Origin: Pseudomonadota bacterium
GTDB lineage: Bacteria > Pseudomonadota > Gammaproteobacteria > Xanthomonadales > Xanthomonadaceae
Reading direction: 5' to 3'
Length of the DNA: 64,000 nt
NCBI GenBank assembly: GCA_023419315.1
Contig: JAEZYE010000054.1
Coordinates: 7,705 to 71,704 of the forward strand
The position numbers were made by a program, and so were the translations under genes. The notes beneath the pieces were generated by a model. The model ran no database searches. It worked only from the letters and a program-made list of their open reading frames with translations, and was not told the DNA's origin. Positions 1 to 9,517 of this stretch are shown here, piece by piece (position 1 is the first letter of the stretch; every line of letters begins with the position of its first letter).

Positions 1-475
1 AGCCGTTGGCCGCGTCCTGCACCGGGCCCAGGGTCAGCGCCACGGCACCCGGATAGTCGCCCTGCTCCATCAGCTCGCTGGTCTGCTTGTTGAGCGGGCG
101 TGCGATGGCTCGCTTGGCGGCGATGGTTTCCGCAATGGCTTTGCCTTCGGCATCACCCGGAAGCGCCTGGTAGGCGGACCAGCTGGCCTCGTAGCGCTTG
201 ACCAGATCGGCAATGCGCTTCTCGTCGCTGCTGCGGTCGTCACCTTGGCGGATCAGCATCTCGCGGCGCACCACCATCATCTGGTTGTTGGCATCGAGCA
301 TCTGCGACAGCAGGCGCACCTTGGCCACGCTGATATCGACCACCTGCTGCATCGCGCGCTTCTGCACGACGCTGGCGGTGGCCCCGGTGGCGACCACGGC
401 GGCAACCAGCAGCAGCAACAGGCCAAAGCCCAGCCCAAGACGCCAGGCAACCCTGACATTCCTCAAGTAGTTCAT
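1..475 (-). CDS. Methyl-accepting chemotaxis protein, N-terminal part (runs off the left edge)
   Basis: Hand translation from ATG at 475: MNYLRNVRVAWRLGLGFGLLLLLVAAVVATG (typical MCP TM1), then an open helical periplasmic four-helix-bundle-like sensor region. Not in the ORF track because no stop lies within the window. A sigma-28 promoter sits upstream. Confidence 0.85.
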   Translation of the reverse strand, partial: MNYLRNVRVAWRLGLGFGLLLLLVAAVVATGATASVVQKRAMQQVVDISVAKVRLLSQMLDANNQMMVVRREMLIRQGDDRSSDEKRIADLVKRYEASWSAYQALPGDAEGKAIAETIAAKRAIARPLNKQTSELMEQGDYPGAVALTLGPVQDAANG

Positions 476-504
476 CGGTACATCCAAAACGGGGGGATGC
501 GCCC

Positions 505-531
505 TTATCGGCGTGGCCCGAAGCGCCTTGA
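505..531 (-). promoter_or_regulatory. Sigma-28 (FliA) promoter for the MCP gene
   Basis: Minus strand reads TCAAG-N14-GCCGATAA, matching the FliA consensus, 30 bp upstream of a chemotaxis receptor start. Confidence 0.8.
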
Positions 532-691
532 TGGGAGCTGCCACGCTCGTCCGGGTGCGGTTCAGAGAGGTGACGGCGTCAATTCCTGGCGCTAGCAACC
601 CTAAAGTTTCCTTCCATGCTGCCAAGGGTGCCCGCCTACATCGGGGCCCCTTAGAATCGAATCGATCCTTGAAGATGAATGGATACATCTG

Positions 692-2041
692 ATGAGCCAC
701 GATCTTCCCCACCAGTTGATTATTTTCGGCCCACCGGGAACCAGCAAGAGTTACAAGGCCCGGTATGAGAAGACGCCGATGCTCGGCATTCGCCCGGACG
801 AGGTCATCCCTGTGACGTTCCACGCCGAGTTTGGTTACGGCGATTTCGTCTCCCGCCTGTTGCCATTGTCCGAGGGCAACAAGGTCCATTACCAAGTGCA
901 TGCCGGCCCCTTCATCCGCGCATTGGCACTTGCCCTTCACCGTTCAGAGCATGGCACGGATGATTCGCCGCCTCGCAACGTTGTCCTGCTCATTGACGAA
1001 ATCAACCGCGGCAACTGTGCGGAAATCTTCGGCGACATCTTCCAGCTGCTGGACCGGGACGATGACGGACAATCCAGCTATTCCGTCTGTGCCTCGAAAC
1101 TGACGGTGCAGGCGCTGATCAACGAGATCCGCGAACTTGAAGCTCGTGATGACAGAGACTCCTCCACGCTGATCGGTCGTATCGAAGATGAGCGCATGCT
1201 GAGGCTTCCGGCGAATCTCTACCTGATCGGGACCATGAACACTGGCGACGAATCGATCTTCTTCATGGACTCTGCATTCAAGCGCCGCTGGAATTTCCAG
1301 TTCAGTCCAGCCGAGTTCAATGCAGTTCCCGCTGCGCAGGCCAATGCAACGATCGAAGGCCACCCATCGGTTACCTGGAAGATGCTGGTGGATGCTCTCA
1401 ATGCGATGATCGTCGAGAAATGCACCTCTCCGAATCTCGACGACAAACTGATCGGCCCCTGGTTCATCAAGGCGCGGGCCATCGCTGCAACAACACCACC
1501 CGCGACGCTGGAACAGACGCACGCTGCATCGATTGCCGAACTGCGCAAGCTTGCCCCAGGTGCTGCGGAGTACATGCAGGGCGCGGACTACAGCCAGAGG
1601 TTCGACGATGCATTCTGCAAGCTCCGGAAATCCTGCAATGCCGAGACCTTGAAGGCAATCGACACACTCTCGGGCTTTGACGAGTCCGCCAAGCGCAAAT
1701 TGAAGACTATTGCCTTTGCCATCAGCGGCTCATCCCCCTACTACAAGTCAAAGATAAACTTCCAGAAGACCAAGGACGGGATGCTCATTGAGGATTTCGT
1801 CGAAGCGCTTGCCGTGACGCAGGAAGTCCATCCCATTGCCCACCATATCGCCGCCAGTGATATCGAGGGAAAGCTATTCCTCTACCTGTGGGACAACGTC
1901 TTCGAAAGGGACAAGTCCCCACTTGCAGAATGGCTGCGTATTCCCCCGGAATCACTGAGGACCTTCGGACAGTTTTCCGCCCGACGCGATGACTTCATCC
2001 GCAGCTTCACTGTTTCGGAAGATCTGCATGCAGCTGCATGA
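692..2041 (+). CDS. McrB-family AAA+ GTPase (LlaI/LlaJI-like), no N-terminal DNA-binding domain, ~125-aa lid insertion
   Basis: Walker A GPPGTSKS at aa 13-20, VTFHAEFGYGDF, Walker B LLIDEINRGN, IFGDIFQLLDR, McrB signature TMNTGD, DSAFKRRW, DKLIGPWF, KLFLYLWDNVF. Confidence 0.9.
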   Translation: MSHDLPHQLIIFGPPGTSKSYKARYEKTPMLGIRPDEVIPVTFHAEFGYGDFVSRLLPLSEGNKVHYQVHAGPFIRALALALHRSEHGTDDSPPRNVVLLIDEINRGNCAEIFGDIFQLLDRDDDGQSSYSVCASKLTVQALINEIRELEARDDRDSSTLIGRIEDERMLRLPANLYLIGTMNTGDESIFFMDSAFKRRWNFQFSPAEFNAVPAAQANATIEGHPSVTWKMLVDALNAMIVEKCTSPNLDDKLIGPWFIKARAIAATTPPATLEQTHAASIAELRKLAPGAAEYMQGADYSQRFDDAFCKLRKSCNAETLKAIDTLSGFDESAKRKLKTIAFAISGSSPYYKSKINFQKTKDGMLIEDFVEALAVTQEVHPIAHHIAASDIEGKLFLYLWDNVFERDKSPLAEWLRIPPESLRTFGQFSARRDDFIRSFTVSEDLHAAA

Positions 2042-3410
2042 CGTCAGCGTCGTCGCGGCTGGGTCCAGCGCTGTGGGCCTGTTCGTGGAAGATGGGCGCA
2101 CCGAGCTGCGCGTGCCGCATGGCATGCCGACCTCCACCGCGCCCCGCGACGCATTCCGTCTGCTCTACCTGGCTTTCGCCGCTTTCAGGAATGTCCAATC
2201 AGATCTCGGACATGCACCGCAGCAGGACGGCATTGAGGCAGACACGCATGGACGTGGACTTGCAGCGGCCCCCGCTTCGTTCGTCGACGCCATTGCCATC
2301 GACTCGCTGTTCAACCATTCCAATCCACTTCGACTGCTTTCACTTCGCTCACAGATGGCGCGGCGGCAGGATGGCAATCTGAAGTACGCTGACCGCCAGC
2401 TTCACCATGCATTGTTCAACGACGACGACGCCCCCTTCTTTCCGAAGCTTCCCACCCGGCGAAGCGTATGCGAACGCGGGACCGCCGACATCGTCGGCCT
2501 GTATTTTTTTCTCGCTGACGACTTCTATCGCAACCTGCTGCAGATCGATCCCGGCATCATCTGGGGACGCTTCACCATGGATGCCGTACAGCGCGCAACG
2601 GACTTCCGCCATCGCCATCTGCGCGAGGGTGACTCGCTGCATGAAGGTGATGCCTGGGCACAGGAGCTGCTGCTGCGGCGACTCCAGCAACTCCTGAGAA
2701 CGTGCTACCGGCAGGCAACGCTGCGCAGCGCGGAGTTTCTTTCGCTGCATGCAGCACTGGAACGCTACCTTCATCCCGCGCTCGCAGGTAGTGTGCAGCA
2801 GGGCCAGGTCTGGGGCATGCGGGATTTCTGGCCTGTCTGGGAATCCATGTGCCTGCATGATGCCCTGCAACAGGCGAGCGACACGCACGGCACATCCGTC
2901 CTCACCTGTGACAGTACTTATCTCCCATCCCACCCCATCGCCATCGAGCAACGGGACACCTGGGGACAGCGACAGCATTCAATGTTCGCCCATAACGGAC
3001 TCTGTCGCCGTCCCGACCTGTTGCTGCAACGCGGCTCCGCGTACACCGTGGTCGATTTCAAGTACTACCCCATCGCACCCGACTGGCATCAGCGAAGCCG
3101 TCGCGACGAAGACGAGAAGGCGCCCTCCTTGAAGGAGAAAGCGCAGAAGGATCTGGACAACATTGAGTTGTATGGACTTCTGCTGCACCGTCACCTTGCT
3201 GAGGTGGAGCAGGCATCGGCAACGATCACCCTGGAGTTCTGGCTCCCCGGAGGCGAAGCGCAGCGGATTCACATCCGCAGCTCGCCTGCCTGGAACCCAC
3301 CACTAGAGGTAGTGACTCTTCCTCTGCCGGACATGATCAGGCGCTACGGAGAGCGACATGCCTTCAGCATGCGCGGCAACCACGCGCATACAGTTGCCAA
3401 AGCTGCGTGA
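2028..3410 (+). CDS. McrC/LlaJI-family PD-(D/E)xK restriction endonuclease subunit
   Basis: Overlaps the end of the McrB-like gene (ATG 2028; alternative start 1989). N-terminal AVGL...LRVPHG, WGMRDFWPVWESMC, catalytic RPDLLL...VVDFKYY, DLDNIELY. Confidence 0.8.
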   Translation: MQLHDVSVVAAGSSAVGLFVEDGRTELRVPHGMPTSTAPRDAFRLLYLAFAAFRNVQSDLGHAPQQDGIEADTHGRGLAAAPASFVDAIAIDSLFNHSNPLRLLSLRSQMARRQDGNLKYADRQLHHALFNDDDAPFFPKLPTRRSVCERGTADIVGLYFFLADDFYRNLLQIDPGIIWGRFTMDAVQRATDFRHRHLREGDSLHEGDAWAQELLLRRLQQLLRTCYRQATLRSAEFLSLHAALERYLHPALAGSVQQGQVWGMRDFWPVWESMCLHDALQQASDTHGTSVLTCDSTYLPSHPIAIEQRDTWGQRQHSMFAHNGLCRRPDLLLQRGSAYTVVDFKYYPIAPDWHQRSRRDEDEKAPSLKEKAQKDLDNIELYGLLLHRHLAEVEQASATITLEFWLPGGEAQRIHIRSSPAWNPPLEVVTLPLPDMIRRYGERHAFSMRGNHAHTVAKAA

Positions 3411-3500
3411 AGACAGACTGCTCAGGTGTGGGTCAGGCTTTTCACGCGGGCTGCTCGTGCTCCGCTGGCATGGTGGACGGGCATCCCCTTGGAGCCGCCC

Positions 3501-4457
3501 ATGCTTTCAGCCCGCGTCGCTTTGCTGTCCCTCACCTTGCTGGCACCTTCTGTCTTTGCGCAGGCTGCGCCTCTTGGCCTTCCCGCCCCGATCGCTGAAA
3601 AAGCCGGGCCGGACACCGCAGCACGCTCCGCCCTGCACGCCCAGGTGCTGCTGGATCGCGCGAATTTCTCGCCGGGCCAGATCGACGGCGAAGTCGGCAG
3701 CAACCAGCGGCGCGCGGTGTCGGGTTTCCAGGCGGCGCACGGCCTGACCGTCACCGGTGAACTGGACGACGCGACCTGGAAGGCCCTGCAGGCTGATACG
3801 GTCACCCCCCTGGCCAGCTACACGCTGACCAGCGAGGATGTCGCCGGGCCGTTCCAAGCGGTGCCGAAGGGCCCCGCCGCACAGGCCAAACTGAAATCGC
3901 TGGGCTTCAACAACGTCGAAGAGTCGCTGGGCGAACGCTTCCACGCATCCCCTGAGCTGCTGAAGCTGCTCAATCCGGGCGTGGATCTGAGCAAGGCCGG
4001 CAACCGCATCCAGGTGCCCAACATCGCACCATCGGCACTGCCGAAGGCAGCCAAGGTGGTCGTCGACAAATCCGACTCGACCCTGCAACTGCTGGATGCC
4101 CAGGGCAAGGTGATCGCGCAGGTGCCTGTCTCATCCGGCAGCCAGCATGATCCGCTGCCGATCGGCGAATGGAAGATCCTGGGCGTTTACCGCGACCCGC
4201 CATTCCACTACAACCCCAAGCTGTTCTGGGATGCGCGCAAGGGCGAAAAGAAGGCGACGCTGCCGCCGGGTCCGAACAATCCGGTCGGCCGGGTCTGGAT
4301 CGACCTGTCCAAGCCACACTACGGCCTGCATGGCACGCCCGAGCCCGGGCATGTCGGCAAGACCGAGTCACATGGCTGCGTGCGCATGACCAACTGGGAT
4401 GCACTGCGCGTGGCCGACGCAGTAGACACCTCGGTACCCGTGCTGATGCAGGAGTGA
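3501..4457 (+). CDS. L,D-transpeptidase (YkuD) with peptidoglycan-binding domain
   Basis: GGAG RBS, signal peptide, QVLLDRANFSPGQIDG PG-binding motif, catalytic YGLHGT...SHGCVRM. Confidence 0.92.
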   Translation: MLSARVALLSLTLLAPSVFAQAAPLGLPAPIAEKAGPDTAARSALHAQVLLDRANFSPGQIDGEVGSNQRRAVSGFQAAHGLTVTGELDDATWKALQADTVTPLASYTLTSEDVAGPFQAVPKGPAAQAKLKSLGFNNVEESLGERFHASPELLKLLNPGVDLSKAGNRIQVPNIAPSALPKAAKVVVDKSDSTLQLLDAQGKVIAQVPVSSGSQHDPLPIGEWKILGVYRDPPFHYNPKLFWDARKGEKKATLPPGPNNPVGRVWIDLSKPHYGLHGTPEPGHVGKTESHGCVRMTNWDALRVADAVDTSVPVLMQE

Positions 4458-4461
4458 GCCG

Positions 4462-5145
4462 ATGCGCCTTTCTCAGCTGATCGTACTGGGCGTGCTGCTG
4501 GGACTGGGGGCCGGCTGGTGGCTGCACCGCGATGCAGGCGAGCCGGTAGCCGCCTCGCTGCCGGAAGCACAACCGGCAGCCGCTGTGGCGCCGGCGAAGG
4601 AATCCGTCGCGCCGCTCGCCACGGCCCCTGTCCCCGCCCCAACCGCACCGTCAGCCGCGCGGGCTGCGGATGCGCCGTCCGGCCTGCTGCTGCCGGTGCA
4701 GGGCGTCGCGGCCTCGCAGCTGCGCGACACCTTCACCGATGCGCGCAGCGAAGGCCGCGTGCACGATGCCATCGACATCCTGGCCGATGCCGGTACGCCG
4801 GTACTCGCGGTGGCCGATGGCACGGTGGAAAAACTGTTCGACAGCAAACGCGGCGGCTTGACGATCTACCAGTTCGAGCCCAGCGGACGCTGGTGCTACT
4901 ACTACGCGCATCTGCAGCGCTATGCCGACGGCCTGGCGGAAAAGCAGGTGATCAAACGCGGGGAGGTGATCGGCTTCGTCGGCAGCACCGGCAACGCCAG
5001 TGCTGAGGCTCCGCACCTGCACTTCGAGGTGCATGTGCTGGGGCCGGAAAAACAGTGGTGGAAGGGAGAGTCGATCAATCCCTATCCGCTGCTGAAATCG
5101 GCGCCACTGATGCCCGGCGCTGCCAGCGCCGCAACGCCAGAGTAA
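4462..5145 (+). CDS. M23 family metallopeptidase
   Basis: HDAIDI, YYAHL and PHLHFE motifs; N-terminal membrane anchor. Confidence 0.92.
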   Translation: MRLSQLIVLGVLLGLGAGWWLHRDAGEPVAASLPEAQPAAAVAPAKESVAPLATAPVPAPTAPSAARAADAPSGLLLPVQGVAASQLRDTFTDARSEGRVHDAIDILADAGTPVLAVADGTVEKLFDSKRGGLTIYQFEPSGRWCYYYAHLQRYADGLAEKQVIKRGEVIGFVGSTGNASAEAPHLHFEVHVLGPEKQWWKGESINPYPLLKSAPLMPGAASAATPE

Positions 5146-5400
5146 TGACAGCCAACGGAGCCCCAGGAATCATCAGCAACAGCGCCGCCCTCTTCCAGAA
5201 GAAGAACGGCCACAGCCAGAGGTAATCGAGGTCGGTCAGCTTCAGCAGATCCAGCGGTGGCTGCAGCTCGATGTCTGCCGGTTGCCCCGCCAGCGGCGGA
5301 TCGACCTCCAGCACGGTTATCCGCAACCATGAGCGGTCGCGTGGCAATGCGTCGCCGCGGCCGTGAAGTCTCCATGATCGGTGGGCGTATCGATGCGCAG
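5075..5400 (-). pseudogene. Possible remnant of a membrane protein gene (3' part)
   Basis: The C-terminal stretch WLRITVLEVDPPL...YLWLWPFFFWKRAALLLMIPGAPLAVITLALRRW reads like a real TM segment, but there is no credible start or RBS, it lies downstream of the purA terminator, and it overlaps the M23 gene end. Confidence 0.3.
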
Positions 5401-5486
5401 CAGCACCCCTGGGTCCGCCCCTGTAGCGCACGTTGACACTCTGGTCATCGCGTCGCTTTCCCGCTGGCCCCTGCCGCTCAATAACG

Positions 5487-5513
5487 AAAAAGCCCCGCTT
5501 TCGCGGGGCTTTT
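5487..5513. terminator. Rho-independent terminator after purA (bidirectional form)
   Basis: AAAAGCCCCGC-TTTC-GCGGGGCTTTT hairpin with A/T tracts. Confidence 0.85.
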
Positions 5514-5524
5514 GCGGTCACCTA

Positions 5525-5546
5525 TGCCGGGCAGCGCCGGCGCTAC
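5525..5546 (-). repeat. GTAG-family REP element (SMAG-like)
   Basis: Minus strand GTAG followed by imperfect palindrome CGCCGGCGCTGCCCGGCA, 1 bp after the purA stop codon. Only one copy was noticed. Confidence 0.6.
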
Positions 5547-5547
5547 C

Positions 5548-7344
<1,797 letters not shown>

Positions 7345-8208
7345 TCAGCGATCCGACTTCAGGTACTGGAGGAACGGATCGTCCTTGTCGAGCAGGATGA
7401 CGCTCTGGCCATCGCGGAACGACGCGCGGTAGGCATCCAGGCTGCGCTGGAACGCGAAGAATGCCGGGTCGCGATTGGCCGCTTCCGCATAGATGCGGGC
7501 GGCTTCCGCATCGCCCTCACCGCGCAGGCGCTGGGCGTCGCGCTCGGCTTCGGCCACCAGTACCGTGCGATCGCGATCGGCCTGCGCGCGAATCGTGCGC
7601 GCCTGCTCCTCGCCTTCGGCCCGCAGCTTGCTGGCGACCTGCATGCGTTGCGCGCGCATGCGCTCGTATACCTGCTTGATGACTTCACTGTCGGTCGGCA
7701 GATCAATCTGCTTCAGCCGGATGTCGGTGATGCGCATGCCGAGCGTGGCCGCGCCTTCGTTGATGGCGCTGAGCTGCTTGGCCACGATGTCGTTGCGATC
7801 GCCGGAAACCAGCTGCTGCAACGTGCGGGAGTTGATTTCGTTCTTGAGCGAGTCGGTGATGATGGGCGCGAGGCGTTCGTCCGCGGCCTTTTCATCGCCA
7901 CCGGTTGCGCGATAGAACGCACGCACGTCATCGATATAGCCGACGGCGAAAAAGTCGATGCTGACGTCCTTGCGTTCCAGCGTCAGGTAGCGCTCGGGCG
8001 TGGTGTCGAGAATCTTGAAGCGGCGATCAAATACACGGGCGGTTTCGATCAGCGGCCACTTCAGGTGCAGGCCCGGCGGGACGTCGGCACGCGATACGCG
8101 GCCGAGGTTCAGGACCAGCGCGGTCTGATCTTCGCGAACCACGTAGACCGAGCCCATCAGGCCCAGGATGACAATGGCCAGCGTGACCAGGATGGCGGGG
8201 AATCTCAT
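7345..8208 (-). CDS. hflC: FtsH protease modulator HflC
   Basis: SPFH domain, PGLHLKWP, YERMRAQR, FFAFQRSLDAY; follows hflK. Confidence 0.95.
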   Translation of the reverse strand: MRFPAILVTLAIVILGLMGSVYVVREDQTALVLNLGRVSRADVPPGLHLKWPLIETARVFDRRFKILDTTPERYLTLERKDVSIDFFAVGYIDDVRAFYRATGGDEKAADERLAPIITDSLKNEINSRTLQQLVSGDRNDIVAKQLSAINEGAATLGMRITDIRLKQIDLPTDSEVIKQVYERMRAQRMQVASKLRAEGEEQARTIRAQADRDRTVLVAEAERDAQRLRGEGDAEAARIYAEAANRDPAFFAFQRSLDAYRASFRDGQSVILLDKDDPFLQYLKSDR

Positions 8209-8214
8209 CGGGGC

Positions 8215-9336
8215 TTACTCCTCACGTCCGGTGCGGCGCGGATCGCGCTCGGCGTTGCGCAATGGCGCGGTGCTTTCCACGGCAGGCATCACGACCTCAC
8301 CGGGGACGACCGTCGTCGTGGGAGCAGTCGTGGTCGCCGGGGTTGCACCGGCCGGTTGCGGCATTGGCACATAGATCAACTGGCGGCCATCGCCTCCGAC
8401 CACCTTGCGGTTCTGGGACATCACTTCCTGCACGGTTTCCAGCCACAGGCGCTTGCGCGTCACATCGGGTGCATTGCGGTACTGCTCCTGCAACAGGCTG
8501 AAACGGGCGGCGTCACCCGTGGCGGCGGCGACCTTGGCGGTCTTGTAGCCATCAGCGGTGGTGCGCAGACGCGAAGCTTCACCGCGTGCTTCCGGCACCA
8601 CGCGCGCCGCATACGCCTGCGCCTGGTTGACCAGGCTCTCGCGGATCTGCTGGGCGCTGTTCACTTCGTCGAACGCGGGCTGCACTTCCTGCGGCGGACG
8701 TGCGTCCGGCAGGTTCAGTTCGGTCACGATCAGGCCGGTGCGGTACGCGTTGAGCGCGGCTTGCAAGCGCTCTTTCGAAGCGGCGGCCAGCGGGCCACGC
8801 ACGCCGAGCACGGTGTCCAGATCGGAACGACCGACCTGCTCGCGCACTGCGCTCTGGGCGGCCTGCTTCAGGACCTCTTCGGCGTCGCGCGACCCATAGA
8901 TGTAGAGCCGCGGATCGCTGATGCGGTACTGCACGTTGATGGAGATGGTGACGATGTTCTCGTCGCGCGTCAGGACCGGCACGGTGTTGCTGAAGGTGGC
9001 GATGCGCGTCGCATTGACCTTGCGCACGCTTTCCACCGGCCACGGCCATTTCAGGTTGGGTCCGGGCTGCATCACGCGCGAGAACTGGCCGAAACGCAGG
9101 ACGACGCCGCGTTCCTGTTCGCCGATCAACTGGAAGCTGCTGAACAACAACCACAGCGCGAAGATCACGCCGATCCAGCGTAAAGGTCCGTTGCCGTCGA
9201 AGGAATCGCGCAGGCGATTCATCAGATCACCCAGGCCACCGCCCTGGTTGCCACGCGGATCCCAGCCCCGCCGCTTGTCGTTGTTGCCGTTTCCGCCGCT
9301 GCCAGAGCCGCTGCTTCCAGGGGTGTTCCAGGCCAT
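8215..9336 (-). CDS. hflK: FtsH protease modulator HflK
   Basis: MAWNTPG start, GVVLRFG, LTRDENIV, APDVTRKRLWLET. Confidence 0.95.
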   Translation of the reverse strand: MAWNTPGSSGSGSGGNGNNDKRRGWDPRGNQGGGLGDLMNRLRDSFDGNGPLRWIGVIFALWLLFSSFQLIGEQERGVVLRFGQFSRVMQPGPNLKWPWPVESVRKVNATRIATFSNTVPVLTRDENIVTISINVQYRISDPRLYIYGSRDAEEVLKQAAQSAVREQVGRSDLDTVLGVRGPLAAASKERLQAALNAYRTGLIVTELNLPDARPPQEVQPAFDEVNSAQQIRESLVNQAQAYAARVVPEARGEASRLRTTADGYKTAKVAAATGDAARFSLLQEQYRNAPDVTRKRLWLETVQEVMSQNRKVVGGDGRQLIYVPMPQPAGATPATTTAPTTTVVPGEVVMPAVESTAPLRNAERDPRRTGREE

Positions 9337-9517
9337 GCCCACTCCGTCGTCAATGATGCGCGGGCCACGACCCACGCGAGCCCGATTCTACAAGATTGGG
9401 ATTCCAGCGGCCCGGACAAGAGCATGGCCCTGTCTGGAGCGCATTTTTTGTGCGATGTCGCGCGAACCGCCGCATCGCAACACTCGAACGGCGAGCGGCG
9501 GTGCGATTCGCGAACGC

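Noticed and set aside
198..595. Short track ORFs (90, 116 and 60 aa) upstream of the McrB-like gene as a possible missing specificity subunit
   Set aside because: They overlap the MCP gene (antisense or out of frame) and have no protein-like composition.
532..691. Possible frameshifted N-terminal domain of McrB or attachment/direct repeats
   Set aside because: Only ~160 bp are available, an in-frame TGA sits immediately before the ATG, and no repeat shared with the 3410-3500 boundary was found by eye.
9337..9517. Nested imperfect inverted repeats between hflX and hflK
   Set aside because: Short GC-rich stems that could arise by chance; no recognisable ncRNA or tRNA.
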